From Blasia pusilla (taxonomy: Eukaryota): a DNA stretch of 64,000 bases. The stretch covers positions 13,640,001 to 13,704,000 of the forward strand of contig CM114271.1 in NCBI GenBank assembly GCA_050084515.1, written 5' to 3'. The position numbers and the translations under genes are program-made. The notes below the pieces were generated by a model. It did not search any database. It was not told where the DNA came from and worked only from the letters and a program-made list of their open reading frames with translations. Shown piece after piece: positions 63,801 to 64,000 of this stretch (the stretch's first letter is position 1; each line of letters starts with the position of its first letter).

Positions 63801-64000
63801 CTCATTCAAAGTTAACTCACTCCAATAGGCGCTGGATGAACAACCTGAATTCCAAAAATTCAATAGTTGTTAACAAGGAGAGTCCCATCATGATAAGGCT
63901 CTGATTTGATAAGTAAGTTAATAGCTAATTTTTTGAAATTATGGATGCATAATTAGCCAATGCTAGCTATTTGTAAAAGGAGATAATTTTGCTGGTCTCT

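Overview
Eukaryotic, land-plant-like genomic DNA (spliceosomal introns, microsatellites, nested transposons); a bryophyte-type genome is plausible but not proven. There are two host genes: an 11-exon proline iminopeptidase (9444-15026, +) and an intronless F-box gene whose protein starts with an MGTCCS acylation motif (38591-40228, -). Most of the rest is transposon-derived. The main observation is a Ty3/gypsy-type retrotransposon family, present as one full-length degenerate copy (18975-30378) and several fragments. It has three unusual features: (i) a DNMT3-like C5-cytosine methyltransferase between protease and RT; (ii) a PHD finger at the integrase C-terminus; (iii) split direct repeats (A...B-gc-A-B) with an internal palindromic end-to-end junction instead of two ordinary LTRs, even though its integrase is DDE-type and it has a 4-bp TSD. 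The same B-A-B 3' architecture recurs in two further copies. Also present: CACTA remnants, copia remnants, a solo LTR, and two copies of an unclassified 8-bp-TSD DNA transposon with different cargo, one carrying a plasma-membrane H+-ATPase gene fragment. All calls come from reading the sequence by eye; no searches were run.
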